This document shows, piece by piece, positions 1 to 11,164 of a DNA stretch of 64,000 nt; the first letter of the stretch is position 1; each line of letters begins with the position of its first letter. The position numbers were made by a program, and so were the translations under genes. Location of the stretch: contig CAVVLJ010000017.1 of NCBI GenBank assembly GCA_963749075.1, forward strand, positions 928,001 through 992,000. Direction: 5' to 3'. This DNA is from an uncultured Pseudomonadota bacterium (GTDB taxonomy: Bacteria; Pseudomonadota; Alphaproteobacteria; JACZXZ01). The notes under the pieces were generated by a model that searched no databases, was not told the origin of the DNA, and saw nothing but the letters and a program-made list of their open reading frames with translations.

Positions 1-171
1 GAGTGCTGCCCGGGCTGCGGCGAGCACGCGGGCGGGCGCCCCCGTGCCCGGCTGGCCCACCTCGAGGTGATAGACCTGCCGACCTGCGGCCTGGCGCTCG
101 TTGGCCGCGCGCAGCACGTCCATGACGATGAAAGGCGGGGTCCCACCCCGCCGCGCCACCTTGAGCGCCAT
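1..171 (-). CDS. PLP-dependent aminotransferase class I/II (aspartate aminotransferase-like), N-terminal part; runs off the window
   Basis: Hand translation from ATG at 171: MALKVARRGGTPPFIVMDVLRAANERQAAGRQVYHLEVGQPGT; PFxVMDV and HLEVGQP are typical of this alphaproteobacterial family. Confidence 0.8.
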   Translation of the reverse strand, partial: MALKVARRGGTPPFIVMDVLRAANERQAAGRQVYHLEVGQPGTGAPARVLAAARAAL

Positions 172-303
172 GGCTTCGCTTCCTCCCAGGACCTGCCGCA
201 ACCGCTACGCTCATAAGGGAGCGCCCGCTGCGGCGCAACCTCCCCGTGGCCTGGCGGTCGAGCTTGCCATTGATTTTGCCGGCGGCACTCCTTAGGTTGG
301 GCC

Positions 304-1692
304 ATGGCCTGGATGACCTGCCTGCGGCGCCGCGCGACCGCAGCCGTGGCGCTCGCGAGCCTCTTGGCGGCGCTCGCGACGGACGTGCGCGCGCAGAGCG
401 AGACCGGCTCGGCGTCGGTGGCGCGCATCCGCGACGCCGAGATCGAGAGCGATTTGCGCACCTGGGCGACGCCCGTGTGGGTGGCCGCCGGCCTCGATCC
501 GCAGCAGGTGCAGATCGTCCTCGTCAACCAGGACGTGATCAACGCCTTCGTGGCGGGCGGCCTCAACATCTTCATCTATGCCGGCCTCCTCATCCAGTCG
601 GACAGCGCCAACCAGGTGGCGGGCGTCATGGCCCACGAGACCGGGCACATCGCGGGCGGCCACTTGGCACGCATGAGCGACGAGATCCAGAACGCGGAGA
701 TCATCCAGATTCTCGGCCTTGTCCTGGGGGCCGCCGCGGCCGTGGCGACGGGTCGCGGGGACGCCGCGGCGGCGGGGCTCGGTGCCGGCTCCGACATGGC
801 GGTGCGCAACTTCCTCTCCTTCAGCCGCACCCAGGAGCGCTCCGCCGACCAGGCCGGCGTCACCTTCCTCGAGCGCAGCGGCCAGTCGTCGCGCGGCCTC
901 CTCGAATTCATGCAGAAGCTGCAGAGCCAGGAGTTCATCAATGCCTGGCGCCAGGACCCCTATCTCAGGACCCACCCCCTCACCCAGGACCGCATCGACT
1001 TCATCGCGCACTTCATCGAGACCTCGAAATACACCAACGCGCCGCCGCGCCCCGGCTATGTCGAGGAGCATGCCCGCATGCGCGGCAAGCTGATCGGCTT
1101 CCTCTGGCCGGTCGCGCGCGTCTTCCAGCGCTACAAGGAGAACGACGCCAGCATCGAGGCGCGCTACGCGCGCTCGATCGCCTATCACCGCCAGAGCCGC
1201 GATCAAGAGGCCCTCAAGCTCATCGACGGCCTCCTGGCCGAGCATCCCGACGATGCCTTCTTCAACGAGCTCAAGGGCCAGTTCCTCTTCGAGGCCGGCC
1301 GCGTGGCCGACGCGATTCAACCTTACGAGAAGGCCAACAAGGAATTCCCGCACAACTCGCTCATCGAGTCCGAGCTCGCCCAGGTCATGGTCGAGACCGG
1401 CGATCAGCGCTACAACGCCGAGGCGCTCGCCAACTTGACCGAGGCGTCGGGGCTCGACAAGGACGATCCCCTGACCTGGCGCCTGCTCGCCACCGTCTAT
1501 GGCCGCCAGGGCGACCAGGGGCGCACGGCGCTGGCCTTGGCCGAGCAGTGCTACGCCGAGGGCCGCTTCGGCGAGGCGCGCGCCCAGGCCAAGCGCGCGC
1601 AGCAGATACTGCCCTACGGCTCGCCCGGCGGCTTGCGCGCGCAGGACATCGAGCAGGCGTCGCAGAAGGCGATCAAGGACGCCAAGGATTAG
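304..1692 (+). CDS. M48 family metalloprotease with TPRs (BepA/YfgC-like)
   Basis: Signal peptide, INAF, HETGH zinc motif, FSRTQERSAD, YLRTHP, C-terminal TPR-like helices. Confidence 0.9.
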   Translation: MAWMTCLRRRATAAVALASLLAALATDVRAQSETGSASVARIRDAEIESDLRTWATPVWVAAGLDPQQVQIVLVNQDVINAFVAGGLNIFIYAGLLIQSDSANQVAGVMAHETGHIAGGHLARMSDEIQNAEIIQILGLVLGAAAAVATGRGDAAAAGLGAGSDMAVRNFLSFSRTQERSADQAGVTFLERSGQSSRGLLEFMQKLQSQEFINAWRQDPYLRTHPLTQDRIDFIAHFIETSKYTNAPPRPGYVEEHARMRGKLIGFLWPVARVFQRYKENDASIEARYARSIAYHRQSRDQEALKLIDGLLAEHPDDAFFNELKGQFLFEAGRVADAIQPYEKANKEFPHNSLIESELAQVMVETGDQRYNAEALANLTEASGLDKDDPLTWRLLATVYGRQGDQGRTALALAEQCYAEGRFGEARAQAKRAQQILPYGSPGGLRAQDIEQASQKAIKDAKD

Positions 1693-1759
1693 AGGCGGCA
1701 GCAGCCGTCGCAAGCGCGCCGAGAGGCGGAATGAGGCGAGACGGGACAAGGAGCATCAC

Positions 1760-2530
1760 GTGAAAGCATTGCGCATACTCTCCTATTTCATTGCGGCGAT
1801 GACGGGCGCCTTGCTCGCCGCGGCGGTGCTGCTCCACCTCCCGGGCGTGCGCGGCGAGGACAAGCTCTCCCCCGGCCAGGCCAAGGCGGTCGAGGGCCTC
1901 GTCGCCGCCTATCTCGAGGCCCACCCCGAGACCATCGGCAAGGCCATCGACGAGCTCCAGGAGCACGAGAAGACCGCCGCGCACGAGGCGGCGCGCTCGG
2001 CCGTCCACGGCAAGAGCGACGCCATCTTCCACGACCCGGCCGACCTCGTCCTCGGCAACGCCAAGGGCGACGTGACCATCGTCGAGTTCTTCGACTACCG
2101 CTGCCCCTACTGCAAGCGCGCGGTCCCCGACATCATGGGGGCACTCAAGAGCGACGGCGGCCTCCGCCTGGTGCTCAAGGAGTTCCCCATCCTGGGCGCC
2201 AATTCGGTGCTCGCCTCGCGCGCGGCGCTCGCCTCGGCCAAGCAGGGCAAGTATGCCGCCTTCCACATGGCCCTCCTGACCTCCGCGGGCGCGCTCGACG
2301 AGGCCAGCATCATGGAGATCGCCCGCGGCCTCGGCATCGATACCGAGCGCCTCGCGGCGGACATGAAGGATCCGGCGATCGACGCGCTCATCAAGAAGAA
2401 CTACGACCTCGCCCAGGATCTGAGGATCGAGGGCACCCCAGCCTTCATCGTCGGCGACGAGCTGGTGCCGGGCGCCCTCGACCGGCACGGCCTCGAGGAG
2501 CTCGTGAAGGAGGCGCGCGGCAAGAGCTGA
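1760..2530 (+). CDS. DsbA/ScsC-like thioredoxin-fold protein
   Basis: GTG start after AAGGAG; VEFFDYRCPYCK and GTPAF cis-Pro motif; usual neighbour of the M48 gene. Confidence 0.9.
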   Translation: MKALRILSYFIAAMTGALLAAAVLLHLPGVRGEDKLSPGQAKAVEGLVAAYLEAHPETIGKAIDELQEHEKTAAHEAARSAVHGKSDAIFHDPADLVLGNAKGDVTIVEFFDYRCPYCKRAVPDIMGALKSDGGLRLVLKEFPILGANSVLASRAALASAKQGKYAAFHMALLTSAGALDEASIMEIARGLGIDTERLAADMKDPAIDALIKKNYDLAQDLRIEGTPAFIVGDELVPGALDRHGLEELVKEARGKS

Positions 2531-2544
2531 GCGCCTGAGCCGCC

Positions 2545-3192
2545 TCAGGGCTCGGCGTCGGGCTGCTTCGCGGGCTGCGCCCGATCGAAGGCCTCGAGCG
2601 CCATGCAGGCGGCGAAGATGCGCTTGAGCGTCGGCCGCCTGCCGAGCGGGTCCTTGTCGTAGCGCATGGCATTGAAGAGCTGCGGCACGAGAGCGATGTC
2701 GGCGAGGCCCGGCGCATCGCCGTGGCAGAAACGGCCCGTCGCGCGCTCGCCCGCGAGCCGCGTCTCGAGCGAATCGAGCCCCACGTCGATCCAGTGCCGG
2801 TACCACTCGGCGATCGCCACCTCGTCGCACTTGAGCACATGGGTGAGATAGGCGAGCACGCGCGCGTTGTTGATCGGGTGGATGTCGCAGGCGACGATCT
2901 CGGCGAGCGAGCGCACGCGCGCGCGGCCGGCGGGGCTCGCGGGCAGGAGCGGCGGCGCCGGCCGCGTCTCGTCGAGATACTCGATGATGGCGAGCGACTG
3001 GCTCAGCGTCAGCTCGTCGATTTGCAGCACCGGCACCAGGCCCTCGGGATTGAGCGCCATATAGGCGGCCGAGCGCTGCTCGCCGTTGCGCAGATGCACG
3101 GCGTGCGGCTCGTAGGCGAGGCCCTTGAGGTTGAGTGCGATGCGCACGCGGAAGGCGGCCGAGGAGCGGAAGAAGGTGTGGAGCGCGATCAT
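2545..3192 (-). CDS. maiA: Maleylacetoacetate isomerase (GST zeta class)
   Basis: FFRSSAAFRVRIALNLKG, SQSLAIIEYLDE, CDIHPINN, C-terminal QPDA. Confidence 0.9.
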   Translation of the reverse strand: MIALHTFFRSSAAFRVRIALNLKGLAYEPHAVHLRNGEQRSAAYMALNPEGLVPVLQIDELTLSQSLAIIEYLDETRPAPPLLPASPAGRARVRSLAEIVACDIHPINNARVLAYLTHVLKCDEVAIAEWYRHWIDVGLDSLETRLAGERATGRFCHGDAPGLADIALVPQLFNAMRYDKDPLGRRPTLKRIFAACMALEAFDRAQPAKQPDAEP

Positions 3193-3251
3193 GTCGTTTC
3201 CCCTTGCACGAGCCGTCGCTGCGGTCCGGCGCTGCCGCGGCGGCCGAGCCC

Positions 3252-4598
3252 TTAGAGATAGCGCCACCAAAGATACGCCTGGCACATCGCCACGTGGAGC
3301 ACCATGAGGCCGAAGGCGTATTTCGTGTAGGTCCAGAAGCCGAAGGGGATGCCGTTGCGCTCGGCGATCCCGGCGACCGTCAGGTTGGCGGAGGCGCCGA
3401 TGAGGGTGCCGTTGCCGCCGAGGCAGCCGCCGAGCGAGAGCGCCCACCACAGCGGCTGAAGATGCTGGGCACCGCCGAAGTCGCCCGCCATCGACTTGAT
3501 GAGAGGGATCATGGCCGCGACGTAGGGGATATTGTCGACGATCGAGGAGAGGAAGGCGGAGGACCACAGGACGACGGACGCGGTAAGCGCGAAATTGCCG
3601 CCCGTAGCATCGACGAGGCGGCGCGCCAGCTCGGCGAGTGCGCCCGTGACCTCGAGCCCGTGCACCACCACGAAGAGGCCCACGAAGAAGAAGATGGTGA
3701 TCCAGTCGATCTCGCCGAAGGTCGCGGTCACCTTCTCGTTCTGCTTCTCGATCTCGCGGTGGTGCTCGATGTTGTGCAGCAGCATGAGGACCGCGGCACC
3801 CAAGAGCGAGATCGTGCCCGGCTCCAGCCCGAGCGGCTTGGCGAAGACGAAGGCGAGGATGACGAGCGCGATGACGGCGAGCGAGGCGCGAAGCAGCGGC
3901 GCGTCGCTGATCGCCGAGCGCTCGTCCATCGCCATGACCTCGGCTCGCGCCGCGTCCGAGGCGCGCATCGCCCGTCCCCAGATGAGGTGCGTGGCGAGCG
4001 CCTGCACCGCCATCACGGCAACGATGACCGGCGTCAGGTGGAGGACGAAATCGTCGAAGCTGAGATGCGCCGCCGAGCCGATGATGATGTTGGGCGGATC
4101 GCCGATGAGCGTCGCCGTGCCGCCGATGTTGGAGGCGAGCACCTCGGCGAAGAGGAAGGGATAGGGGGCGACCCCGAGCCGGCGCGTCACCGAGAGCGTC
4201 ACCGGTGCGATGAGGAGCACCGTCGTTACGTTGTCGAGGAAGGCCGAGAGCACGGCGGTGGTGAGCGAGAGGATGAGCAGCATGCGCCAAGGCTCGGCGC
4301 GGCCGCGCTTCGCCGACCAGATGGCGAGATACTCGAACATGCCGCTCCGCCGCGCGATCGAGACCAGCACCATCATGCCGGTCAGGAGGGCTATGGTATT
4401 GAAATCGATGCCGCGGATCGCCTCGGCCTGGTCGAGCACGCCCGAGGCGATCATGAGGCCGGCGCCGAGGAGGGCGATGATCGAGCGGTTGAGCCGCTCG
4501 GCCACGATCAGGGCGTAGACGAGGACGAGGATGGCGCCCGCGACCCACATGGCGCCGATGCCGAAGACGAGATGCGCGTGCCCGGGCGCCCCCTCCAT
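3252..4598 (-). CDS. ArsB/NhaD (P-permease) family transporter
   Basis: SAFLDNVTTVL, SNIGGTATLIGDPPNIII, DNIPYVAAM, LGGNGTLIGASAN; multi-TM. Confidence 0.9.
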   Translation of the reverse strand: MEGAPGHAHLVFGIGAMWVAGAILVLVYALIVAERLNRSIIALLGAGLMIASGVLDQAEAIRGIDFNTIALLTGMMVLVSIARRSGMFEYLAIWSAKRGRAEPWRMLLILSLTTAVLSAFLDNVTTVLLIAPVTLSVTRRLGVAPYPFLFAEVLASNIGGTATLIGDPPNIIIGSAAHLSFDDFVLHLTPVIVAVMAVQALATHLIWGRAMRASDAARAEVMAMDERSAISDAPLLRASLAVIALVILAFVFAKPLGLEPGTISLLGAAVLMLLHNIEHHREIEKQNEKVTATFGEIDWITIFFFVGLFVVVHGLEVTGALAELARRLVDATGGNFALTASVVLWSSAFLSSIVDNIPYVAAMIPLIKSMAGDFGGAQHLQPLWWALSLGGCLGGNGTLIGASANLTVAGIAERNGIPFGFWTYTKYAFGLMVLHVAMCQAYLWWRYL

Positions 4599-4759
4599 CG
4601 CAGAACCTCCCCCGCATTTTTCCCGCCCGGCTGCTGCGACGCGCCCGGGCTCTTCCTTGGCCGCGATAGGATATTGCCTCAAATCGCAATTGTGCGATAT
4701 TGCGCTCGAAGCGGACGAGCGAAGCCGCCCGGATCAGACAAAATGCAGGGAGGGCCGGC

Positions 4760-5332
4760 TTGGCGGTATTGTTGCGATTGAGCGGCCTGATCGACGCGCT
4801 CAACGAGCGGATCGGGAAGCTCTTCTATTGGCTGGTCCTGGGTGCCGTCCTGGTGAGCGCGGGAAACGCCCTCGTGCGCTACACCTTCGATACCAGCTCG
4901 AATGCCTGGCTCGAGCTGCAGTGGTACATGTTCTCCGCCATCTTCGTGCTGTGCTCCGGCTATACGCTGCTGCGCAACGAGCACATCCGCATCGACATCG
5001 TCAACAGCCGCTTCCCCAAGCGGGTGCAGATCTGGATCGACATCATCGGCGGCATCGTCTGCCTCCTGCCCATGACGCTGATCATCATGGTTCTGTCGTG
5101 GCCGATCTTCGTCGATTCCTTCATGCGCCATGAGGTGTCGTCCAACGCCGGCGGCCTCTTGCGCTGGCCGTTCAAGCTGATCGTGCCGGTCGGCTTCTTC
5201 CTGCTGGCCCTCCAGGGCGTCTCCGAGATCGTCAAGCGCATCGCCTACCTCAAGGGCCTGGCTCCCGACCCGACCGAGCGGATCCACGCCCACGGCGCCG
5301 AATCTCCGTCCGGGCCGGCGCCCTCGCCGTGA
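4760..5332 (+). CDS. TRAP transporter small permease (DctQ)
   Basis: SSNAWLELQWYMF, NEHIRIDI; 4 TM; TTG start after GGGAGG; overlaps next gene (GTGA). Confidence 0.85.
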   Translation: MAVLLRLSGLIDALNERIGKLFYWLVLGAVLVSAGNALVRYTFDTSSNAWLELQWYMFSAIFVLCSGYTLLRNEHIRIDIVNSRFPKRVQIWIDIIGGIVCLLPMTLIIMVLSWPIFVDSFMRHEVSSNAGGLLRWPFKLIVPVGFFLLALQGVSEIVKRIAYLKGLAPDPTERIHAHGAESPSGPAPSP

Positions 5333-6957
5333 GCCAGTTCCTCATCGCCAATATGGCGCCGCTCATGTTCGCGGCGCTCGTGGTGGGCCTCCTCATCGGC
5401 TACCCGGTCGCCTTCTCGCTGGGTGCGGTTGGCCTCTCCTTCGGCTTTCTCGGCATCAAGCTGGGCTTGCTCAATTTCACGCTTCTGCAGGCGCTGCCCG
5501 AGCGCGTGATCGGCATCATGAGCAACGACACGCTGCTCGCGATCCCGTTCTTCACCTTCATGGGCCTCATCCTCGAGCGCAGCGGCATGGCCGAGGACCT
5601 GCTCGACACCATCGGCCAGCTCTTCGGCCCGTTGCGCGGCGGGCTCGCCTATGCGGTGATCTTCGTAGGCGCCCTCCTCGCCGCCACCACCGGCGTGGTG
5701 GCCGCCTCGGTCATCTCGATGGGCCTCATCTCGCTGCCCATCATGCTGCGCTACGGCTACGACCGGCGCGTGGCCGCAGGCGTCATCGCCGCCTCGGGCA
5801 CGCTCGCCCAGATCATCCCGCCGAGCCTCGTGCTCATCGTCATGGCCGACCAGCTCGGCCGCTCGGTCGGCGACATGTACGAGGGCGCCTTCATCCCGGG
5901 GCTCACGCTCGCGGCGCTCTATGCCGTCTATGTCTTCGTCGTCTCGCTTCTGCGGCCCGAGGCGGTTCCGGCGCTGCCGCGCGACGCCATCACCGTGCGC
6001 GACGAAAACGGCGGGGTGGGCTATGCCTCGCTCGGCGCCATCGTCGCGGCGGCGGTCGCCTGCGGCTATCTTCTCAGCGGCTACATGCACGCGATCTGGG
6101 CTTGCGCGCTTGCCGGGCTCGCGGCCTATCTCGCAGCACTCGCCGACAAGCTGCTGCGGCTGGGGCTCCTCAGCCTGCTCGCCCGCCAGGTCGTCATCGT
6201 GATGATGCCTCCCCTCTCGCTCATCTTCCTCGTGCTCGGCACCATCTTCGTCGGCATCGCCACGCCGACCGAGGGGGGTGCGATGGGGGCGTCGGGCGCG
6301 CTCGCCCTGGCGCTCGCCAACCGCCGCCTTACCTGGAGCCTGCTGCGCCAGGCCATGGACACGACGGCCAAGATCTCCTCCTTCGTGCTCTTCATCCTGA
6401 TCGGCTCGACCGTCTTCAGCCTCGTCTTCCGCGGCGTCAACGGCGACCTCTGGGTCGAGCACATGCTGACCAACCTGCCCGGCGGGCAAGTGGGCTTCCT
6501 CATCTTCGTCAATTTTTTCGTCTTCTTCCTCGCCTTCTTCCTCGACTTCTTCGAGCTCGCCTTCATCGTCATTCCGCTCCTGGGGCCGGTCGCGGAGAAG
6601 CTCGGCATCGACCTCATCTGGTTCGGCGTGCTGCTCGGCATCAACATGCAGACCTCGTTCATGCATCCCCCATTCGGCTTCGCGCTCTTCTACCTGCGCA
6701 GCGTGGCGCCCAGCCGGGCCTTCACCGACAAGGTCACCGGCAGGCTCACGGAGCCCCTGACGACCGGCCAGATCTACTGGGGCGCCATCCCGTTCGTCTG
6801 CATCCAGCTGGTCATGGTCGGGCTCGTCATCGCCTTCCCGGCGCTCGTGCTGTCGGCACTCGGCGGCGGCCCGAAGATCGACCCCAACAAGGTCAAGATC
6901 GAGATCCAGACCCCGCAATCGGATCAGGGCGAGATCCCGCAGTTCAACATCAAGTGA
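5329..6957 (+). CDS. TRAP transporter large permease (DctM)
   Basis: LLAIPFFTFMG, SGTLAQIIPPS, ATPTEGGA, MQTSFMHPPFGFALFYL. Confidence 0.92.
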   Translation: MSQFLIANMAPLMFAALVVGLLIGYPVAFSLGAVGLSFGFLGIKLGLLNFTLLQALPERVIGIMSNDTLLAIPFFTFMGLILERSGMAEDLLDTIGQLFGPLRGGLAYAVIFVGALLAATTGVVAASVISMGLISLPIMLRYGYDRRVAAGVIAASGTLAQIIPPSLVLIVMADQLGRSVGDMYEGAFIPGLTLAALYAVYVFVVSLLRPEAVPALPRDAITVRDENGGVGYASLGAIVAAAVACGYLLSGYMHAIWACALAGLAAYLAALADKLLRLGLLSLLARQVVIVMMPPLSLIFLVLGTIFVGIATPTEGGAMGASGALALALANRRLTWSLLRQAMDTTAKISSFVLFILIGSTVFSLVFRGVNGDLWVEHMLTNLPGGQVGFLIFVNFFVFFLAFFLDFFELAFIVIPLLGPVAEKLGIDLIWFGVLLGINMQTSFMHPPFGFALFYLRSVAPSRAFTDKVTGRLTEPLTTGQIYWGAIPFVCIQLVMVGLVIAFPALVLSALGGGPKIDPNKVKIEIQTPQSDQGEIPQFNIK

Positions 6958-6999
6958 GGCGTCGCCGGGCGGGGAGCGCGGCGCCGCCTGCCAGAAACG

Positions 7000-7025
7000 G
7001 AAAGCCCCGCCGGAGCGGGGCTTTC
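7000..7025. terminator. Bidirectional intrinsic terminator hairpin
   Basis: GAAAGCCCCGC-cgga-GCGGGGCTTTC perfect 11-bp stem between convergent dctM and binding-protein genes. Confidence 0.8.
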
Positions 7026-7055
7026 GCTTGCCATCGCGGCCGCGCGCGGCAGCGC

Positions 7056-8162
<1,107 letters not shown>

Positions 8163-8219
8163 GTCATCCTCCCTGGTTTCGCTTCTGTTGTTCATTCATG
8201 TAGCAGATATGATACACCG

Positions 8220-8237
8220 TTGACAATGATTTGACAG
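8220..8237 (-). promoter_or_regulatory. 11-bp-period direct repeat (CTGTCAA-ATCA-TTGTCAA on minus strand), OmpR/PhoB-box-like, in divergent promoter
   Basis: TTGACA occurs twice, 11 bp apart, in the AT-rich gap between the binding protein and the second dctQ. Confidence 0.3.
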
Positions 8238-8259
8238 TCTACAGCCGCCGGAGAGCGGA

Positions 8260-8781
8260 GTGACCCAGAGGGAGCGCATCGTCGCAGCGATCGACAGCTT
8301 CGTCGACTGGACCGGGCGGGCGGCCTCGTGGCTCATCCTCGCGGTCGTCGCTCTCCTTTTCCTGCAGATCCCCATGCGCGAGTTCGCCCACTTCGGGCAC
8401 AACGAGGTGAACGACATCGGTCAGCTCTGCCATGCCGCCGTGTTCATGATCGGCGTCGCCTACGCCATGCGCTGGGACGCGCACGTGCGCGTCGACATCT
8501 TCTACGGCCGCCTGAGCGCGCGGCGGAAGGCGCTCATCGACCTCCTCGGCACGCTCTTCTTCGTGCTGCCCTGGCTCTTCATCGTGACGCGCGACTCGAT
8601 CCCGATCGTGGTCAATTCCTGGCGCGAGCTCGAGGCCTTCGCCGAGACCTATACGCCCGGCTACTTCCTCCTCAAGACCCAGCTCCTCGTCTTCGCGGCA
8701 CTCGTGGCGCTCGCGGCGACTGCCAACATCCTGCGCGACCTCGGCACGCTCGCCAGGACGGCCGCGCAGAAGCGCCGATAG
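8260..8781 (+). CDS. TRAP small permease (DctQ), second copy
   Basis: AYAMRWDAHVRVDIFY, IDLLGTLFF; 4 TM. Confidence 0.85.
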   Translation: MTQRERIVAAIDSFVDWTGRAASWLILAVVALLFLQIPMREFAHFGHNEVNDIGQLCHAAVFMIGVAYAMRWDAHVRVDIFYGRLSARRKALIDLLGTLFFVLPWLFIVTRDSIPIVVNSWRELEAFAETYTPGYFLLKTQLLVFAALVALAATANILRDLGTLARTAAQKRR

Positions 8782-8787
8782 CCGCGC

Positions 8788-10300
8788 ATGAGCGCCACGC
8801 CCGCCGAGGCCCTCGGACTCTCGATGTTCGGCGCGGTTTTCGTCCTCCTCATGTTCGGCTTTCCCGTCGCCTTCACCCTCATCGGCACCGCCGTCGCCTT
8901 CGCCTTCCTCGGCCACGCCCTCGGGCTCTTCGACCTCCAGCTCCTCTCGGCGCTGCCGCTCCGCATCGTCGGCCTCATGGACAACGACCTCCTGCAGGCG
9001 ATCCCGCTCTTCCTCTACCTCGGCGTGGTGCTGCAGCGGACGACGCTCGCCGCCGATCTGCTCGAGGGGCTCGCGGCGCTCTTCGGCCGCCGAGCCGGCG
9101 GGCTCGCGATCGCGACCGTGCTCGTCAGCATGCTCCTGGCCCCGACCACGGGCGCCGTCGGCGCCACGGTGCTGACCATCGGCCTCCTGGCCCTGCCGAG
9201 CATGCTGGCCGCCGGTTACGACCACAAGCTCGCCGCCGGCATCATCTGCAGCGCCGGCACGCTCGGCACCATCATGCCGCCCTCGATCGTGCTCATCCTG
9301 CTCGGCGATTTCATGCAGCACGCCAACATCGAGGCGCAGCTCGCGCGCGGCAAGGCGATCGCCTCGGCGATGACCGTCCAGGACGTTCTACCTGGGTGCG
9401 GTGGTGCCGGTCGGGCTGCTGCTGGCGCTCTATCTCGGCTTTGTGGTGCTGGTCGCGGTCGCGGCGCCCAAGCGCTGCCCGCCGGCTGAGGCGCAGCTCG
9501 AGCGGCGGCGCTCGCCGCTCCGCCTCTTTGCCACCATCCTGGCGCCGTTGACGCTTCTCGTGACCATGCTGGCGCTGATCATCAGCGGGCTCGCCTATAC
9601 GGTCGAAGCGGCGGCGAGCGGCGCCGTGGCCGCGACGCTCTATGCGCTGGCGCGGCGCGAGCTCAACCTGGCGCGCCTCGCCGAGACGCTCCGCCTCGTG
9701 CTCAAGCTGACCGCCATGGTGTTCATGCTGCTGATGGGCGCCTCGACCTTCTCGCTCGTCTTCCGCGGTTTCTCCGGCGACGTCTTCGTAGCACACCTCC
9801 TCTCCGGCGTTCCCGGCGGCGTGATGGGAGCGACGGCCACGGTGATGGCGATCATGTTCGGGCTCGCCTTTTTCCTGGACGCGCTCGAGATCATCTTTCT
9901 GGCGGTACCGATCGCCATGCCGCCTTTGCTCTTCCTCGGTGCCGACCCGGTCTGGCTCGCCATGTTGACCGCGATTAACCTGCAAACCGCCTTCCTTCAT
10001 CCGCCTTTCGGCTTTGCGTTGTTCTTCCTGCGCGGCGTCGCGCCGAAGGAGGTCACCACAAGCGAGATTTACCTCGGCGTCATCCCCTTCATCGCCATCC
10101 AGATCGTGGTCTTGGCGCTCGTCTGGAGCCATCCCCGCCTGGTGACGGCGTTGCCCGAGCGGTGGAACCGGGAGGCGGCCGCCGCAAGCGCCGTGGCGCG
10201 CCACGCGCCCGGGCGGCCCGGCACGCCCGAGGGCGGCCTGCCGGCGCCGAGCTACGGCGGCCCCGACCAGGTGCCGCTCGAGCTGCGCCGGCCGCCATGA
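8788..10300 (+). pseudogene. TRAP large permease (DctM), second copy, frameshifted at about 9386 (possible sequencing error)
   Basis: ORF 8788-9489 has LQAIPLF and GTLGTIMPPS; ORF 9401-10300 has LQTAFLHPPFGFALF; removing one T from GACGTTCTAC gives continuous D-V-Y-L-G-A-V-V-P. Confidence 0.8.
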
Positions 10301-10340
10301 AGTCTTGCGAGGTCTTTTGAAGTCTTCTAATCGAGGTCTT
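10299..10340. repeat. Four GA(A/G)GTCTT direct repeats (10299, 10309, 10319, 10333)
   Basis: Read directly; first three are spaced exactly 10 bp apart, upstream of the DUF3553 gene. Confidence 0.6.
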
Positions 10341-10402
10341 CCTAGACGGCCCTCCACTCCTGTATATTCTCCGGCCGGGAGGCTTTACTGGCGAGCCATG
10401 CC

Positions 10403-10582
10403 ATGGTCGATGGGCTGACACCCGGTACCCGCGTGCGCAACCCGCTCGAGCCCGAATGGGGGCTGGGCCAGGTGCAATCCGCGGTCGGCGCCCGCATCAC
10501 CGTCAACTTCGAGAATGCCGGCAAGCGGCTGATCAACGCGGACATGGTCTCGCTCGAGGTGGTGGAGGAGCCGCGTGGCTGA
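10403..10582 (+). CDS. DUF3553 small protein (59 aa; below the ORF-track cutoff)
   Basis: MVDGLTPGTRVRNPLEPEWGLGQVQSAVGARITVNFENAGKRLIN; WGxGQVQS...TVNFExAGK signature. Confidence 0.85.
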   Translation: MVDGLTPGTRVRNPLEPEWGLGQVQSAVGARITVNFENAGKRLINADMVSLEVVEEPRG

Positions 10583-11164
10583 GGAGGTCCTGCGGTGGCC
10601 CGGCGCCGTCCGGACGCCTGGCCCTCCGGCCGGCCGGCGGGACCTCCAATGGCGAGTCGCGAACCTTTAGTCCCTCGCCTTATCATGGTATGCTGCGCGC
10701 TCGCCGGGGCGGGGGACGTTCGGAGATGCCCCGGCAAGCTTCTGGTGGACTTCGGCGGTGGCGCGTTCGGCATCGCTGTCGGGTAGATCGCGTTCGTTAC
10801 CACGGGCATGAAAGTCGCCGGTGCGGCGGGGCATAATTTGCAACCGCCGCGCCGAGCGGGCGTTATGGTCAAGCGGCACCCGGCGTGCAAACGAGGGCCG
10901 CGGACCGCAAGCAGGAGCGAGCGCCGCCGCCTCGAGCGGCGGCTGGTACGGAAGGACGGCTGGTTGCCCATATGGTGGAGCATGGCCCGCGCGCGGCCAA
11001 GGGCGCCTCGCGCGGACAACCCGGCCCGCATTGACGTTGCTGGAGCGAGGCCGGGGCAACGATAACAACCCGCCAAAGGGGGCAAGCGTTCTATTGGGAG
11101 CCGCAACGGGTCGAGGTCATCGCCTCGATCGAGGGGACGCATTGCAGGTCAAGAAAAATCTCTC

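Noticed and set aside
2545-4803. 752-aa ORF as a fusion with maiA
   Set aside because: Only the last 215 aa are GST-zeta; the upstream part is an off-frame read of the ArsB/NhaD gene
11040-11160. c-di-GMP riboswitch before the GGDEF-EAL gene
   Set aside because: GCAAA-like fragments only; the two-hairpin GEMM layout could not be built
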